From assembly GCA_030295235.1 (NCBI GenBank), contig AP026162.1, forward strand, positions 1,240,001 to 1,304,000: a stretch of DNA of 64,000 nt, written 5' to 3'. The stretch's first letter is position 1, and each line of letters starts with the position of its first letter. This stretch comes from Fistulifera solaris (lineage: Eukaryota). The translations under genes and the position numbers were made by a program. The notes beneath the pieces were generated by a model. It ran no database searches, was not told the origin of the DNA, and saw nothing but the letters and a program-made list of their open reading frames with translations. Positions 14,510 to 29,337 of the stretch are shown here, one piece after another.

Positions 14510-15091
14510 GATAAAGTCGCGCCCTGCTCAAGCTTTGTTTTGGAGATGGAAACTAGAAAAGTTTCACCGGTCGCTGTGCTAGCAATAATGGAAGCGCACT
14601 TCCAATATCATTGGCAGTTAACGACTGCGTTTTCTCTTTTCTCTTTCGTCTTCGCTCTTATTTCGCGCTCACTCTCGCACTTGCTTCTTGCTTGCCACTT
14701 TCCACAGCCGGTCATTTCTTCGTACCGGTACTCATATATAGAGAGTGGGCCAAATTGTATTTGTCTAACGGTATTGACCAAGATACAAACAAGTAATAAA
14801 GAGAGAACAAGACAAACTATTCACTTAGAGGAGGTTTCCTAAATACCCAATTCATAAAACTCTTTCTGTAGACAGAACTTCCTAAGTAACTCAAGACAAA
14901 GGCGCACCGTGATACAGTAAGATTGATAGTTGTTTCCGCGCAGTCCGAACTGGTTCAAACAACAAACAGTCGCTGGAAAATTGGCGAAGCGCAACGGTGC
15001 AGCGAAAACAAGAGCACATCATTGCACCATCATTTTTCTTTGTTCCGAGTTTTTCCATTAATGATCGTTGCTACCTGCATTCTTCTTCACC

Positions 15092-16036
15092 ATGAGCCCA
15101 ACAATGGATAAAGAAAACCGAACGGACCTCAATTTCGCCTCACTTCATTCTGGTGAGAAATCCAAATCGAATTTCCCAGACTCGAAAGGTGCTTTCGAAG
15201 CCAAAGTCAAGGAAAGTGACACAGACAAAGCAGCTCGCGGTCAGCGCTGGTGTTTGGACGACTTCGAGATTGGGAAACCGCTAGGAAAGGGGAAGTTTGG
15301 TTCCGTGTACTTGGCGCGAGAGAAGAAATCAAAGTACATCGTCGCGCTCAAAGTTCTCGACAAATCACAGCTTGTGCGAGCGAATGTCGAACATCAACTA
15401 CGCCGAGAAATTGAAATCCAGAGTCATTTACGGCATCCAAACATTCTTCGTATGTATGGCTACTTTTACGACTCTAAACGGATTTACTTGATTCTCGAAT
15501 TCTCGCCGGGAGGCGAGCTTTATAAGCAGCTAACGAAGAAAGGAAAGTTCAGCGAGCGATTGTCGGCGAAATTTATCTCCGATCTTGCCTTTGCCCTCGA
15601 CTACTGCCATTCAAAACATGTTATTCATAGAGACATCAAGCCCGAGAATCTTCTGGTCGGAGTGAACGACGACATCAAAATCGCCGACTTCGGCTGGTCT
15701 GTGCACGCCCCTACCTCACGTCGCAACACATTGTGTGGGACGCTCGACTACCTTGCACCGGAGATGGTTGAAGGACGAGAGCACGATAAGCAAATTGACG
15801 TCTGGAGCTTAGGTGTTCTCTTGTACGAGTTCCTTGTCGGTAATCCTCCTTTCGAAGCTGAGAATCATTCTGCGACTTACCGCCGCATCTCTCGCATTGA
15901 CTTGCGATTCCCTCGACACGTGCCTACTGATGCTCAGGATCTCATTCGTCGCCTTCTTGTCAAAGATCCAACAAAACGAATGTCTCTTGAAGAAGTTCCT
16001 CGCCATCCATGGGTGGTACGCAACTTGAGCAGTTGA
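15092..16036 (+). CDS. AURK: Aurora kinase
   Basis: [77 protein letters not shown]. Confidence 0.95.
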   Translation: MSPTMDKENRTDLNFASLHSGEKSKSNFPDSKGAFEAKVKESDTDKAARGQRWCLDDFEIGKPLGKGKFGSVYLAREKKSKYIVALKVLDKSQLVRANVEHQLRREIEIQSHLRHPNILRMYGYFYDSKRIYLILEFSPGGELYKQLTKKGKFSERLSAKFISDLAFALDYCHSKHVIHRDIKPENLLVGVNDDIKIADFGWSVHAPTSRRNTLCGTLDYLAPEMVEGREHDKQIDVWSLGVLLYEFLVGNPPFEAENHSATYRRISRIDLRFPRHVPTDAQDLIRRLLVKDPTKRMSLEEVPRHPWVVRNLSS

Positions 16037-16279
16037 ATAACCGAGTCGCGCCGTATGGCTGCACCGAATGATAATGTTTCCGCTAGCCGCGGCGAAAACG
16101 CCTCGAATGAGCTCCTTCATCTTTTCAACTTTGTAGGTTGAAAATAACTTGATGATTACGATAACAAGAAACAATTTAGCTTCATCTTATCTTTACAATA
16201 GATAACAATGCTTACTTTTAATAACAGCTCGTCGGATCAAATTTTGCTATTAAACACTTAGTAATTCATCTTTATAAGT

Positions 16280-18230
16280 CTAAAGAATGTGTACACTACC
16301 GCCGTCATGAGAATCATTGAATAGATGAAGACTGCCGTCGTGCGAAGAGGAAAAGGAGGGAGTTTTTAGCTGCTCGCGGGGGAATCGCATAATACCATCC
16401 CGTGTGACATGATCCGTTTCCATCGTCACTGAACTCGTCACTGAACTTGCAATTGATGATGGTTGATCTCTAAATACACTGCTACGGAGTCGTTGCTCGA
16501 TGTTCGGGGTCTCCTTGAATTTGCGCTGAAGATACAGCTGTTTTCTTCGGGCATAGCCAGCACTCACTGTTAAGGCGTCGGCTTCATCTTTAATCGACAT
16601 GACGCCGTCATCATCGTCATCCCTGTAACCACCTTTCCACGGATCGCCCTTACCGAAAGGAGATTGTGCGGAAAGATTTCTGCTACGGTCAAAGGCATCC
16701 ATATTCACAGTCTTATCCACACTCTTAAGCATCTGTCCTCTTCTTCTCGAATATTTGTAGAAAAAGTACAAGCAAGCAACCATGAGTAGAATGGTTATAG
16801 CCAACAGAATAATCAAAAACGTTTGATCAAGGGTTTCCGTGACATTAACACTGGAAGAGCGATACTCGCAATGATCGCCGTAGAATCCTTTCTGACACTC
16901 GCATCCAGGATGACTAAAGAGGAAGGACATGTTAGATTTGAAGAGCTCAGATGCAAGAAATGATTTTAAAAGTCTCACCTCTGCCCATGCTCAACATATT
17001 GCAAGCATTTCCCTTTGTTCGTACAGAACGCATCCTGCCCAAGTCCCTTTTCTGGACGAATTCGATCAACAGTGCAGTACTCGGTTGATTCCATTTCACA
17101 AAACTCGCCAGCGAAAAGAGAGCCACCGGCTTTGGCAGATGAGCAGTCACAGGTAAAGGTAATGTCGCCGCCGTCGAGGGTGCTAAGATTACATTCACCT
17201 CCATTTAAGCAAGCATGCTCTCCACCGGGACAGACGTCAACTTTATACTCGCACTCCAGTCCAGCATACCCGGCCGGACAAACACAGTGCTCAAAGTCTT
17301 CGTTGTACTTCTCGGCGAGATATCGGTGACCGTCCTTATTCAATCCAAAACGGTCGAGCATCGATACGTCCTTGGCACCCTTTCGACAAATTCCAAGATT
17401 CTTGCACTGTAAAGTACAAGTAGGTACTTCAAGATTTTGATCAGCGAATTCGCAAAGGGGTCCAACAAAGCCCTCATTGCAGTGGCATCCTAGACGACTG
17501 AATGAATATATTAGTTAGACGGACTGTGTCGCACGTTCTCAATCATTTCTCACTTAGTTACTTACGACTCATCCTGACAAGTTCCTCCATTGACACAAAA
17601 GTGGCGTCCATTCTGGTCGTTATCGTCGGTACAGAAGGTGGACGCCGGGTACTCGCAGAACTCTCCCGCAAAGAACGTGTACGAGTCCCCGGCACTGGTG
17701 CAGTCGCAATTGTACGAAGTCGTACCGTCTCTCTTTTGAATGACCACACAGCTACCGCCATTGTAGCAGTAATTGTCGGCACCGCACGGTTCCGCTTCAA
17801 ACTCGCACAAACTGCCATGATATCCTTCGGGGCACATGCAGTATTGATGATCATGATTGACTTGGTATCGAAAGCTATTATCCAATAGCTGGGCCCATGA
17901 TGTGACACCGATCATGCAAATGCCATCATTCTTGCACCGTAAGCGACATTCTGGAACGTCGTCTTCTTTGTATTCGCAATGGGGCCCCGCGTATCCAGCG
18001 GCACAATCACAGGGTTGTTCGGGATTTTGGGCGTAATCGGTTTTGCAGACACCGTGGTTCGCGCAAAAGGGCATCGGATTTGATTCGGAATACGCAATCA
18101 ATTCACCAAAGTTTGCTTGTTCGTCGCATTTCACGATCCCAACAGGCAATTCAAGTTCTCTCTGTTGTTGGCTAGCGCGTGCCATCTGCGATGAGGCACA
18201 TGCCAGAACGAGATAACCAAATTTCATCAT
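16280..18230 (-). CDS. EGF-repeat single-pass membrane protein (3 exons)
   Basis: Signal peptide MMKFGYLVLACASS, repeated EGF-like units (CxNxGxC...CxCxxGYxGxxCE), a TM segment (FLIILLAITILLMVACLYFF) followed by basic residues, and a Ser/acidic tail. Introns near 17495-17564 and 16915-16978. Confidence 0.8.
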
Positions 18231-18770
18231 TTTGCAAGGAGACCTTGAATGTCGAATTGAAGAAGGAACAATCTAGACGTCTGGGCAATAGCTTGGTGTT
18301 TCAATCGTTTTGCAAGTGAAATGGCTGGCCTGTTTGTGTTGGTTGTGAGGGTGTGATGTATCCAAAACGCATTTTGTCGAAAGAATTTTGTGAAAGGAAT
18401 CGTTTTGGCCACCAAGTCTTGGAGGGAGTTTTCTCTCTCACATTTCATCTTATAGTGTCTTGATTCGACGGTTTGTGACATGTAGTATCAGTACCGTTTT
18501 GTGCTGGACAAGACGACTCAACGCTCCCCCCGTATACTGTAGAAGCTACACGACACACGACACACCAAGTGCCGCATCGAAAAGAATAAGCCAACTCGTG
18601 ACCCACTTTGCGAGACTGACTTCAGCAGAATACCGAACTGTGTTGCGTTGATGCACGAAAAAGACGGGGGGAGGTTTGCGTCATCAATACAGTAAAAAGA
18701 AAATAACTGCAATTCATTCACTCTCAAAAATTAAAGTCTGTAGAAAGAATAACAGCATTATCATTTAGCC

Positions 18771-20456
18771 ATGATGTCAATGGCGGGTATGCCCATGCCA
18801 ACTCATGCGGAGCACCGCAGAATGAAACCCGAAGATGCAGCGCTTCACATTACGGTGAGTTTGCCTTCTATGTCGCCCTCAAGACGCGTTATGTGCTTTT
18901 TACTTGCGCAAGTCGCATCTATTTGTTTCACTTCTTTCATTTTTGCGAATAAAAGGGGATCGAGAATTGCTGCAAAGAGTGTATAGAATGTTGTAAAGTA
19001 ACTTTTTGTAAAGCGTATTTTATTCTAGTCGTGCTGACACGATCGCTTCTTCTACAGGTCTCGGATCCAATTCAGCAGGGCGATGGACTTAATAAACACA
19101 TTTCTTATCGAGTAGATATTCGACCTCAAGCTCCCACACCAGGAGATCTTCCCCAGGAAGTTATTCTAGCCGGAACGACAATGTACAGTTCGGTGTTGCG
19201 CCGTTACTCGGATTTTCACTGGCTTTACGATCGTCTCCATATTGAACGAGCGGGGTCGATTGTACCGCCGATTCCGGACAAGCATCCCGTGGGAAGATTC
19301 TCCCCGCGTTCGTGGAAGAGCGTCGTGTTCAATTAGAACGCTTTCTGCGCCGTGTCGCCGTTCATCCCGAGCTGGCCGATGCCCCGTCGCTCGACACGTT
19401 CTTTCGTGCCGATGACGGAACGTTCCAGGCCGCGAAACAGGCGAAAGGAAATGTTTCCATGATGCACTCGTCTCAAATGATGACGCCGATGTACCCGCCG
19501 CAAATGGGACCGTCACCCAAAAAAGAGGGTTTAAAACGTTGGTTCGCGGAAACGAAAACATCCATGACGGGTGATTTGGTCCGGAGTCCGGACGATGATT
19601 TGTTTGAGGAAATTCAACGTTACGTACACGGTCTTGATACGCAAATGAAAAACGTTTCGCAACAGGTTTCTGGTTTGGTTCGGAAAGGAAAAGAAATGGC
19701 GAATGGATTGTTTGAATTTGGCTTGGCTTTTAATCTTCTGGGTCAAAGTGAAGGAGACGCTTTGGGGGATGCGCTATCCAAAATGGGCGAGACGGCAGAT
19801 CGTCTTTCGGTTTTGTCGGCGGAGCATTCGGACCAGGAAATGTCGCAATTCGAAGAGCCACTGCAAGATTACATCAAGCTGATTCATGCCGCCAAACTTG
19901 CTTTGCAACGACGCCACGAAAAGCGACTCAGTTATAGTACTTGTTTGGCAGAAGTCGAGTCCAAGCAAGCTCTGTTGGGCAAGCTTCGCGCACAGATCGG
20001 CTCCGAGGCCAAGGCCTACTCCATGGAGATGTCCTTGCGCCAAGCCCACGATGCCGCCGAAGTAGCCCGCGAAGACTTTGCCACAGTATCCCAACGTGTG
20101 TTGCGTGAAGTGGACCGTTTCAAGCGCGAAAAAGCCGAGGAGATGCGTTGGACGGTGTTGACGTACATTCAATTGCAAGTGGATTATAACAAGCGAATGG
20201 AACAGATTTGGGCACACCTGATTCCTCAACTCGAAGGCGTACAAGTAGACGGTAACTCGAACGGTGGATCGCAGCAACAACAAAGTCTAGCACCGCCGGT
20301 GATGCAGCAACAAGTGCCCGTGAATCATCAGCCAGTTATCCAGCATGCGCACGACATACCCCAATACGATATGACGGTAAGTCAAATGGCTCCCCATTGG
20401 GCGGCACCTCTGTGCCGGGCGGTGATCCTATGATTTCAATTCAATACCGAGAGTAA
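18771..20456 (+). CDS. Sorting nexin, PX + BAR (Vps5/SNX1-like)
   Basis: PX motifs RRYSDFHWLYDRL, PPIPDK and ERRVQLERFLRRV, followed by BAR helices. Intron ~18855-19058; apparent 1-nt frameshifts near 19300 and 20400. Confidence 0.88.
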
Positions 20457-21098
20457 AAGATTTACAAAATTGTATAAAAACAGTCCTATTAATGATTATA
20501 CTCGATCTTAGACCACTGATTATTCTTAAAACCTAGTGCCATTTTGTGACAGAACTACGCCATTACATTTCTAGGGAGCGTAAGTATCAACTAGAGCTCT
20601 TTTATAGGTTGCGCTGTCACCATCTAAGATCTAACAGTCTAAGAATCATCTTGCACTCTAGCAACTCGTCGGCTCGAGGAAGATGGAAGATATCATTACT
20701 TTTTGCGAAAGATCGTAGAACATAGAATTGTTCTCCGTTCTTCGCGTTGCGAAATTGCCCCTCATCGACCTCGTTTGCTTGTCTTACCGCGAATGACGTC
20801 TACACTTTGAGTAGCGGGTCAGACCGTTTGGACCAATCAGATGAAGTCTCTTGAATGAAGAACAAATGAACCCGGAAGTTGAACTTTCGCTTTCTCACTC
20901 CGTTGTGTTGCGGTGCAAGATCCAGGTTCCAATCTCCACCCAGCTCCACCGGCCGAGGCACATCAACCAACGAAACGTACGACAATCTACGTTCCGCTAA
21001 TAATTAGTCAGCACACAACATTGAACGCGTTTGGTGGAAAGAACAATCTTGGTTGTTGTAATAGAATTGTTTCCTAGTGTCACAATCTTCCCTACAAG

Positions 21099-22512
21099 AT
21101 GATGCGATTGGTAACGCTATTTCTTGCTGCCTCATCGGCGGCCGGCTTTCTTGCTCCTTTGCGACAACCGCAATCGGCAGTTTCGTCCGCTTCGACGATC
21201 CTTTCGCCTTTGACGTCTCTCCAGGCGGCATCTCCCGTATTGGATCAAGTCACGACCACTCCTCAGAAAATCTACTTGAAGAAAGATAAAGAGTTGCCCA
21301 AAGTGTTGGGTGGTTTGAAAATTGGACTGCGAGAGCTGGTGGTCATCACCGGAGCGTCGTCCGGTCTCGGACTGGCGACGGCGGTCGAATTGTCCAAGTC
21401 GGGCAAGTATTTTGTCGTCATGGCCGTTCGTGATGTCGAAAAGGCCAAGAAAGGTAAGTTTCGGATGACAATTTTGAGATGCGAATTAGATTCTGTTTCT
21501 CATATACAACATTCATTATTATGATCTGCAGTCGCCAAGGAACGAGGCATGCCCGACGGATCTTATGTTGCCATGAAACTAGAACTTGCCAACTTGGAGA
21601 GCGTCCGTGATTTTGTTACCAACTTGAAAGCATTCAAGGCCGGCCGTCCGCTCAACCATTTGATCTGCAACGCCGCTGTTTATCTTCCTACCGACCCCAA
21701 ACCCCAGTTCACCGATGATGGCTTTGAAATGTCCATGGGAGTCAACCATCTCGGACACTTTTGCTCGTCAACTTGTTGCTCGAGGACATGGCCAAGGCCA
21801 AGAACGCCCGCTGCTGCATCGTTGGATCCATCACGGGAAACACAAACACCGTTGGCGGTGGTCTCGTGTATCCACAGGCGGATCTCGGTAACTTGTCGGG
21901 TCTGGAAAAGGTATGAAGCAACCGATTACCATGGCCGACGGTAAGCCTTTCTTTGGGGCTAAGGCTTACAAGGATTCAAAGGTAAGACACAAATGGGTGT
22001 TCCATTCGTACCGTTCGTCGCGTTCATCCTCTAACAACGTTTGATCAAAGGTTTGCAACATGATGACCGTAGCAGAATTGAACCGAAGATATCACAAGGA
22101 CACGGGCATCGTCTTTTCCAGCATGTACCCTGGATGCATTGCCGAAACCGCTCTATTCCGTGAAAAGCGAACGTGGTTCCGAAAGCTGTTCCCACTTTTC
22201 ATGAAATACGTCACGGGAGGTTACGTCAGCGAAGAAGAGGCTGGGGAGCGATTGGCTCAGGTGATTTCGGATCCTCGATGCAATAAGTCGGGTGTATACT
22301 GGAGCTGGAACGGTGGGGCTCAAACCGTTGGCTATTGGAGCCCGGATGGTAAACCAAGGGGAGCCGGTGGTTCCGGTGGAGAAATCTTTGAGAACCAACA
22401 ATCCGACGCTGTTCGCAACCCGGTCGTTGCCAAGAAAGTATGGGAATTCAGTAAGAAGGCTGTTGGCCTCTCCGACAAAGAAATGTACAAGGGAGGACGC
22501 CTGGAAGATTAA
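21099..22512 (+). CDS. POR: Light-dependent NADPH:protochlorophyllide oxidoreductase, plastid-targeted
   Basis: Bipartite presequence ([17 protein letters not shown]), [50 protein letters not shown]. Introns ~21454-21530 and ~21982-22050; two apparent assembly frameshifts. Confidence 0.93.
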
Positions 22513-22871
22513 GCGCAACAAGTACAACGCACCTTTACAATGACAAGTATTAGAAGCTACCGTCAAGAATCAATGCGGATCTAGTATAGATTCTCATTCT
22601 ATAATGCATGTTAGGATCATTTTTACTTTCGAATTTGCACGTTATTTATGAAGTCTTTAGTTTCGAGTGGTAATTCGTCACAAGAAAAGAATCGCACCAC
22701 TATTTGCTTGATCGATTTACCTCTACTCCAATATGCACGACGATCAGATATATTCGTTCGCGAGATGCCGCCACAGACGTCAATGACTGGTAACGAAATG
22801 AATTATGTAACTAGATTATCTAAGGCCGTCGACGAACCGGAAAGTGCCAGCGACACCAAAAGTCACGGTTT

Positions 22872-23814
22872 TTACCGCCCATCCCCATCCTGCGCTTGCT
22901 CTTCTTCGTTGTAATTTTCATAATCTTCTTCGTTAGAATGTTTTCGTGTGCAGTATTGCAGTCTCGCCCCACAGAATGCAACTGTCGTAACGTAAAGGAA
23001 CATGGAAAAACCAATTAAAAACAAAGCAGCAAGGACCATGCGCTTAAACCAGAATTTCCGTTGATGACGTCGTCGAACAACTGTCGATTTCCTCCTGAAC
23101 ACAGCTGCATCTTCTTCTAAGGTTTCCGATTTGTCGACAAGATCTTCCAGTGCATCAGCCCTTTCCAACATCAGATGAATATTTGTTCCCATGACGTGCT
23201 TCATATTGTCCACCTTGGCCATCAAATTGATCACGCGCTCTTCCTGTGCTATCGATTTGTGATTGATATTATGGTGGTGCATACACGATCTAACCGTTGG
23301 CGAAAAATCCTTATCGAGAGCGTAGGCGTTGGCTGTGTCAATACGCCCTTTTCTGTGTCGTTTTACAAATTCCGTCGCTATTTGTTCCAGAAATGCAAAG
23401 TTCCTGTCGCACCAAATACACCCGTTCGTGAGATACTTTTCACGCAACAGAAATAATGAGTTCATGCAAGCGATGCACTTACACTTTCTGATCACGGATA
23501 TCGGGATCATCGCCTATGCAACAGTAAAAGACACCATCTTTCGTGAGCAAATGGAAATAGTAATCCTCGTCCCAGGGTTCTTCATTCAAAACGGAAGCGC
23601 AGCTTTCGACGAAATTGGAGAGAAAGTCCTCTTCCTGTTGATTGTGTTGAACGAACGTTTTGTATTCTCCTTCGACGAGTAATTCGGGATGATCACGGAG
23701 ATGAGTCAAGAGTTGGGTGGTGACTTGAGGGGCATTTCCGGATAAATCCGGAGACGACACTTCCACAAGGACCGCTACGTCTCGGACGCGGCAAATGACA
23801 GTGTAAATGATCAT
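22872..23814 (-). CDS. VAMP7-like longin R-SNARE
   Basis: N-terminal longin domain, synaptobrevin core (KVDNMKHVMGTNIHLMLERADALEDLVDKSETL) and C-terminal TM. One intron ~23405-23481. Confidence 0.85.
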
Positions 23815-24264
23815 TGTCGAGTTACAACGCTTATAAGGTGGCGCTGATCGATAAACTAATGAAAGAAGTATAAGATTCTACGTCGTATTGGTTTATCCAC
23901 ACTGACGCTGCACTGCTGCAATGAAAATAATAAAAATGGCGATCACAAGGACGAGTTTTCTGTTTCGTGTTCCGTGATGATCTGCGTTGAACGGCGAATG
24001 TGTCCGTTGAGAATACAAAAACAGGTATAGTACGGAAACACTTAGACGTAGACCTACGTACAATCAACGTAGGTCCAGTAGGAAATAAATTGTTCCGTAC
24101 CTGGTAGTATTTGCCGACGACTCCTCATCCAATTTTTGGGGTAGTTTTGACTTCCGCATGTCACATAACCATGAACTAACATCTAATTCACACTTATGAA
24201 CGATGTTTCCTCTCATTTCGAAACCGAAACGGAGAAAGGAGCAAAGATTCATTGCTATGGTTAC

Positions 24265-25290
24265 AATATTTGCGTCGAAAAAGCATCCGTATCGTCGACT
24301 GCCATTTTCACTATGGTGGTAAAGTGTTGGTTGTACGCGATCGCGACTAAATTCCAGTCACGATCGACATAATGAAACGATCTTGAAGCGCCACAAAAGT
24401 GGTCAACAAACAAAAGCGCGAAGTGTATAATCGAATGCCATGGAAATACCAATACATGAACTAACTATCATCTTAATTCGAAACGCAACTATTTGCGTCG
24501 AAAAGCATCCGTACAGTCGACTGCCATTTTCACTATGATGGTAAAGTGTTGGTTCTACGCGATCGCGACTAAATTTTAGTCACTGGAAACGCCACCGAAG
24601 CAATGAGAGCACCAAAGTGGTCAACAAACAAAAGCGCAAAGTGTATAATCAAATGCCATGGAAAAACCAATATATGAAATATGAACTTAACTATCATCTT
24701 CATTCGAAACGCAACTATTTGCGTCGAAAAGCATTGGTATCGTCGACTGCCATTTTCACTATGGTGGTAAAGTGTTGGTTATACGCGATCACGACTAGAT
24801 TTCAGTCACGATCAACATAATGAAACGACCTTGAAACACCACAAAAGTGGTCCTCAAACAAAAGCTTAAAGTGTATAATCGAATGCCATGGTAATACCAG
24901 TATATGAACTAATTATCCTCTTTATTCGAAATGCAACTATTTACGTCGAAAAGCATCCGTATCGTCGACTGTCATTTTCACTATGCTGGTAAAGTGTAGG
25001 TTCTACGCGATCGCGACCAAATTTTAGTCACTTGAAAAGCCACCGAAGCAATGAGAGCACCAAAGTGGTCAACAAACAAAAGCTCAAAGTGTAGAATCAA
25101 ATGCCATGGAAATACCAATACATGAACTAACTATCATCTTCATTCGAAACGCAACTATTTGCGTCGAAAAGCATTCGTATCGTCGACTGCCATTTTCACT
25201 ATAATGGTAAAGTGTTGGTTCTACGCGATCGCGACTAAATTTCAGTCATTAGAGCACCAAAGTGGCCCACAAACAAAAGCGCGAAGTGGA
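24265..25290. repeat. Tandem repeat, ~220-bp monomer, ~4.6 copies, with alternating A/B variants
   Basis: Core TTTGCGTCGAAAAGCATCCGTATCGTCGACTGCCATTTTCACTATGGTGGTAAAGTGTTGG recurs at ~24269, 24492, 24718, 24940 and 25158. Confidence 0.92.
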
Positions 25291-25665
25291 GTTGGTGGAA
25301 TTCGAACGATCATTTATCGGGACTTATTTATCTAGGTCGACTATTCATCCTTTTTAAAGCATATATCAATCGTTGCAAAAAGTAATACGGAGTATGCGCT
25401 TGCGATGAACTTCAAAGCAGGAGAAAGAGGAACCTTTCGACCCATAGAAATTCCCAAGAACTTTACTTAGCCCCGCACAGCGTTTCCGGCGCCTCACAAA
25501 TTGCAATAAAACATAATTATCTTTACTATCCTATTCTTCTAATTGATTTCCCAGCAGTGACTTTTATTTCGTTTGCTACCCAGTCAAGTCAATCGTCTAC
25601 TGAGTGTCGACCGCTAAAGGACCACGCACACTTTGTGTCGGACGCAGCCCTACCCTTTGCACAAT

Positions 25666-26031
25666 TTACCAAGAAGAACTTCCTTCCCAGTCCGATTGCG
25701 TAATTTTCTGATTGACGACGATTTCCTCTTCAAACATTTCTTCCGTCGGCGAACTCGAAATGACTACACCCAAAGCGGCGTTGATATTTTCGGTAATTTT
25801 GTGACAATTAGCTCCCTTGACTCCACGGACGGTCTCTTCCACTCGACCATCTGGGTATATTTTGAATTCAATTTGTTCGAGTTGTCCAGCTCCTCCGCCC
25901 GAGGCCGAACTGCTGCTCCACGCATCGGCGTTCATGGAGAGCGACGTTGTCGCCAACGTCTTTGGAAGAACCGCAAAAGCGTTTGCTTTTCCGATGCATG
26001 CAACCAAAACAAACAAGAGTTTGAGCATCAT
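25666..26031 (-). CDS. DUF2997-like small protein with bipartite plastid presequence
   Basis: Signal peptide ending in ANA-F; conserved IEFKIYPDGRVEETVRGVKGANCHKITE...PTEEMF. Confidence 0.75.
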   Translation of the reverse strand: MMLKLLFVLVACIGKANAFAVLPKTLATTSLSMNADAWSSSSASGGGAGQLEQIEFKIYPDGRVEETVRGVKGANCHKITENINAALGVVISSSPTEEMFEEEIVVNQKITQSDWEGSSSW

Positions 26032-26369
26032 TCTTCAAAAGTGAATGATTGTGGAATGTAATAAAGAGACAATGGACAAAACTTTCGATGAGAATCAGAA
26101 GGTTTGCTGGCATTCGAATAAAAAAGTTCGTGTTCTCAAAGCGAGCGTCTCGCGTGTCCCGTATTCAAGGTCGCGTGCTCGACCGTTCTCTATCTTCCGG
26201 AAAGTAGTCGTGTTTCGATCAAACCAATGAGAAGAGTACCGTTCGGACGAATAAATTCGTCACGCAAAAACTCCACCTCCATTCATTCTCCGTCCTACAT
26301 TCTTCCGTGCTGCGAGAATTACGTCGCATTTGTTTGTTTCGTTTGTTCGTCTTGAAAATGTTTTCTTGA

Positions 26370-27787
<1,418 letters not shown>

Positions 27788-27960
27788 GATCAACTTAGGG
27801 ACAAGTAGTCATAGATATTAGCATGCGAAACTTATGCAATGTAGTTTCGACAAATAGATATTCTCTTAACTCTGTTTTAGTCAAATCTATTCGACAAGGT
27901 AAGGGACGCAATAAACAGTATACTCAACACCATCTCTACGCCGAGCTTCGGCGAAGACTT

Positions 27961-29337
27961 TTAGTAAACAAGGCCAAGATTGTTGACTTCCCAGCTGTTT
28001 GTTGGCCACGGATCTCTCTCGCTAGCACGCTGCAGTAAAACTCGCGTCCAAGCAACCCATGCTCCAAATGAAAGCCTCTTGTCCCACGCCGTTCCCCAGT
28101 CTTGCTGGAGTTGCAGCGCTTGACTAGCAGCCGCCTGAGCCCTTTCATAATCATTTTGATGCAACAATTTCTGTGCCAAAAGAACTAAAGGTTCAAATGC
28201 CCATGGATTCCTCTCATGGCATTCTTGCAATTGTAGAATTATATTCTTTGGGTCGTTGTCGGGTTCTCCTGATGATGATACAACGCTCCAGTAGAGATCA
28301 CGGGCTTTCTCCTCATCTTGTAACGAAAGTTTGCTTGTTCCGTTGGCAAACACGGGTGGAATCGCTGGCAAAACTTCATCACGAGCTGAAACCATGTCGT
28401 CGTGATATCGTTTTACCACTTGAGCTAAATCGGAAACGTAGCTCATCCACAAACCGGGTTTTGATACTCCAGGCCAAAGAGCAGCAGTATCGTGTCGGCC
28501 CTCCCTATCTTGACCAGGTATAATCATTGAACCATCCTCTCCCCCGCCGCCGAATAATTGATCCTGCCAGCCAAAGTATTGATCGGCTATGTCTGCCATC
28601 GTAAAAACAACTAGCAATCGAAGTGTTTCAGCGGAAAGATATACTTCCTTATCTGCTTCTCTGAGATGGGGCACAGAAAGGCCTTCTAGTGGAATGAATC
28701 CTTGTTTGAGTACGGTATTTACCACGACATTCTGTCGATCAATGATACAGAATAAATGAACCAGTTCTTCGGCTTCTGAGCCAATCAGTCGCGTCATGAC
28801 ATCTCGCTCCGTCGATGGATCAAATAGGGCAAGGTTCACGTAAGAATTACTGTATGCACTGTGGAAAAGGCCAACACGGGCAATCTTTTTGCCTTCATTT
28901 ATTGAATACAGAATGGATCAAGTATGGCAGGTATCGAGCAATTTCGTGAGGTGCCAAAGATAATGAGGCAATTGCGAACGACTTTTGAACGCACCTTGGC
29001 CCCAGAGGCGCAAAATGTCATGAACACCGACCAGATGCTCTAAAAATGTGCTGTGCTTGTGCCAGCACCGGTGGGCACCTCTTTGTTTCAGGGCACGAAT
29101 ACTCGTTGTCAAAACCGGCCCGTCGAGTTCATCGTAATCTTCTGCTAATATGAGCTCGAAAGTTGCATTTCGATTGCCATAAGTTGCAGCGTCCGCCGAC
29201 AAAAAACATTCCAAAGGAGAGTACACAGAAGCCGTAGCAAAGGTGCGTTCTGCAGCGTTGACAATCAATCGACTTGAATAGAATCGATGCATCAATAAGA
29301 AAAATGCTGAAAACATTTTCATGCAGTTCGTCATCAT
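27961..29337 (-). CDS. DUF6817-like conserved protein with a C-terminal TPR-like region
   Basis: CWHKHSTFLEHLVGVHDILRLWGQ joins through intron 28893-28994 to GLFHSAYSNSYVNLALFD; C-terminal WGTAWDKRLSFGAWVAWTRVL. Confidence 0.7.

Noticed and set aside
24261..24820. ORFs inside the tandem repeats (also 33454-33874 and 50366-51347)
   Set aside because: Products of repeat periodicity; frames are not preserved between copies.
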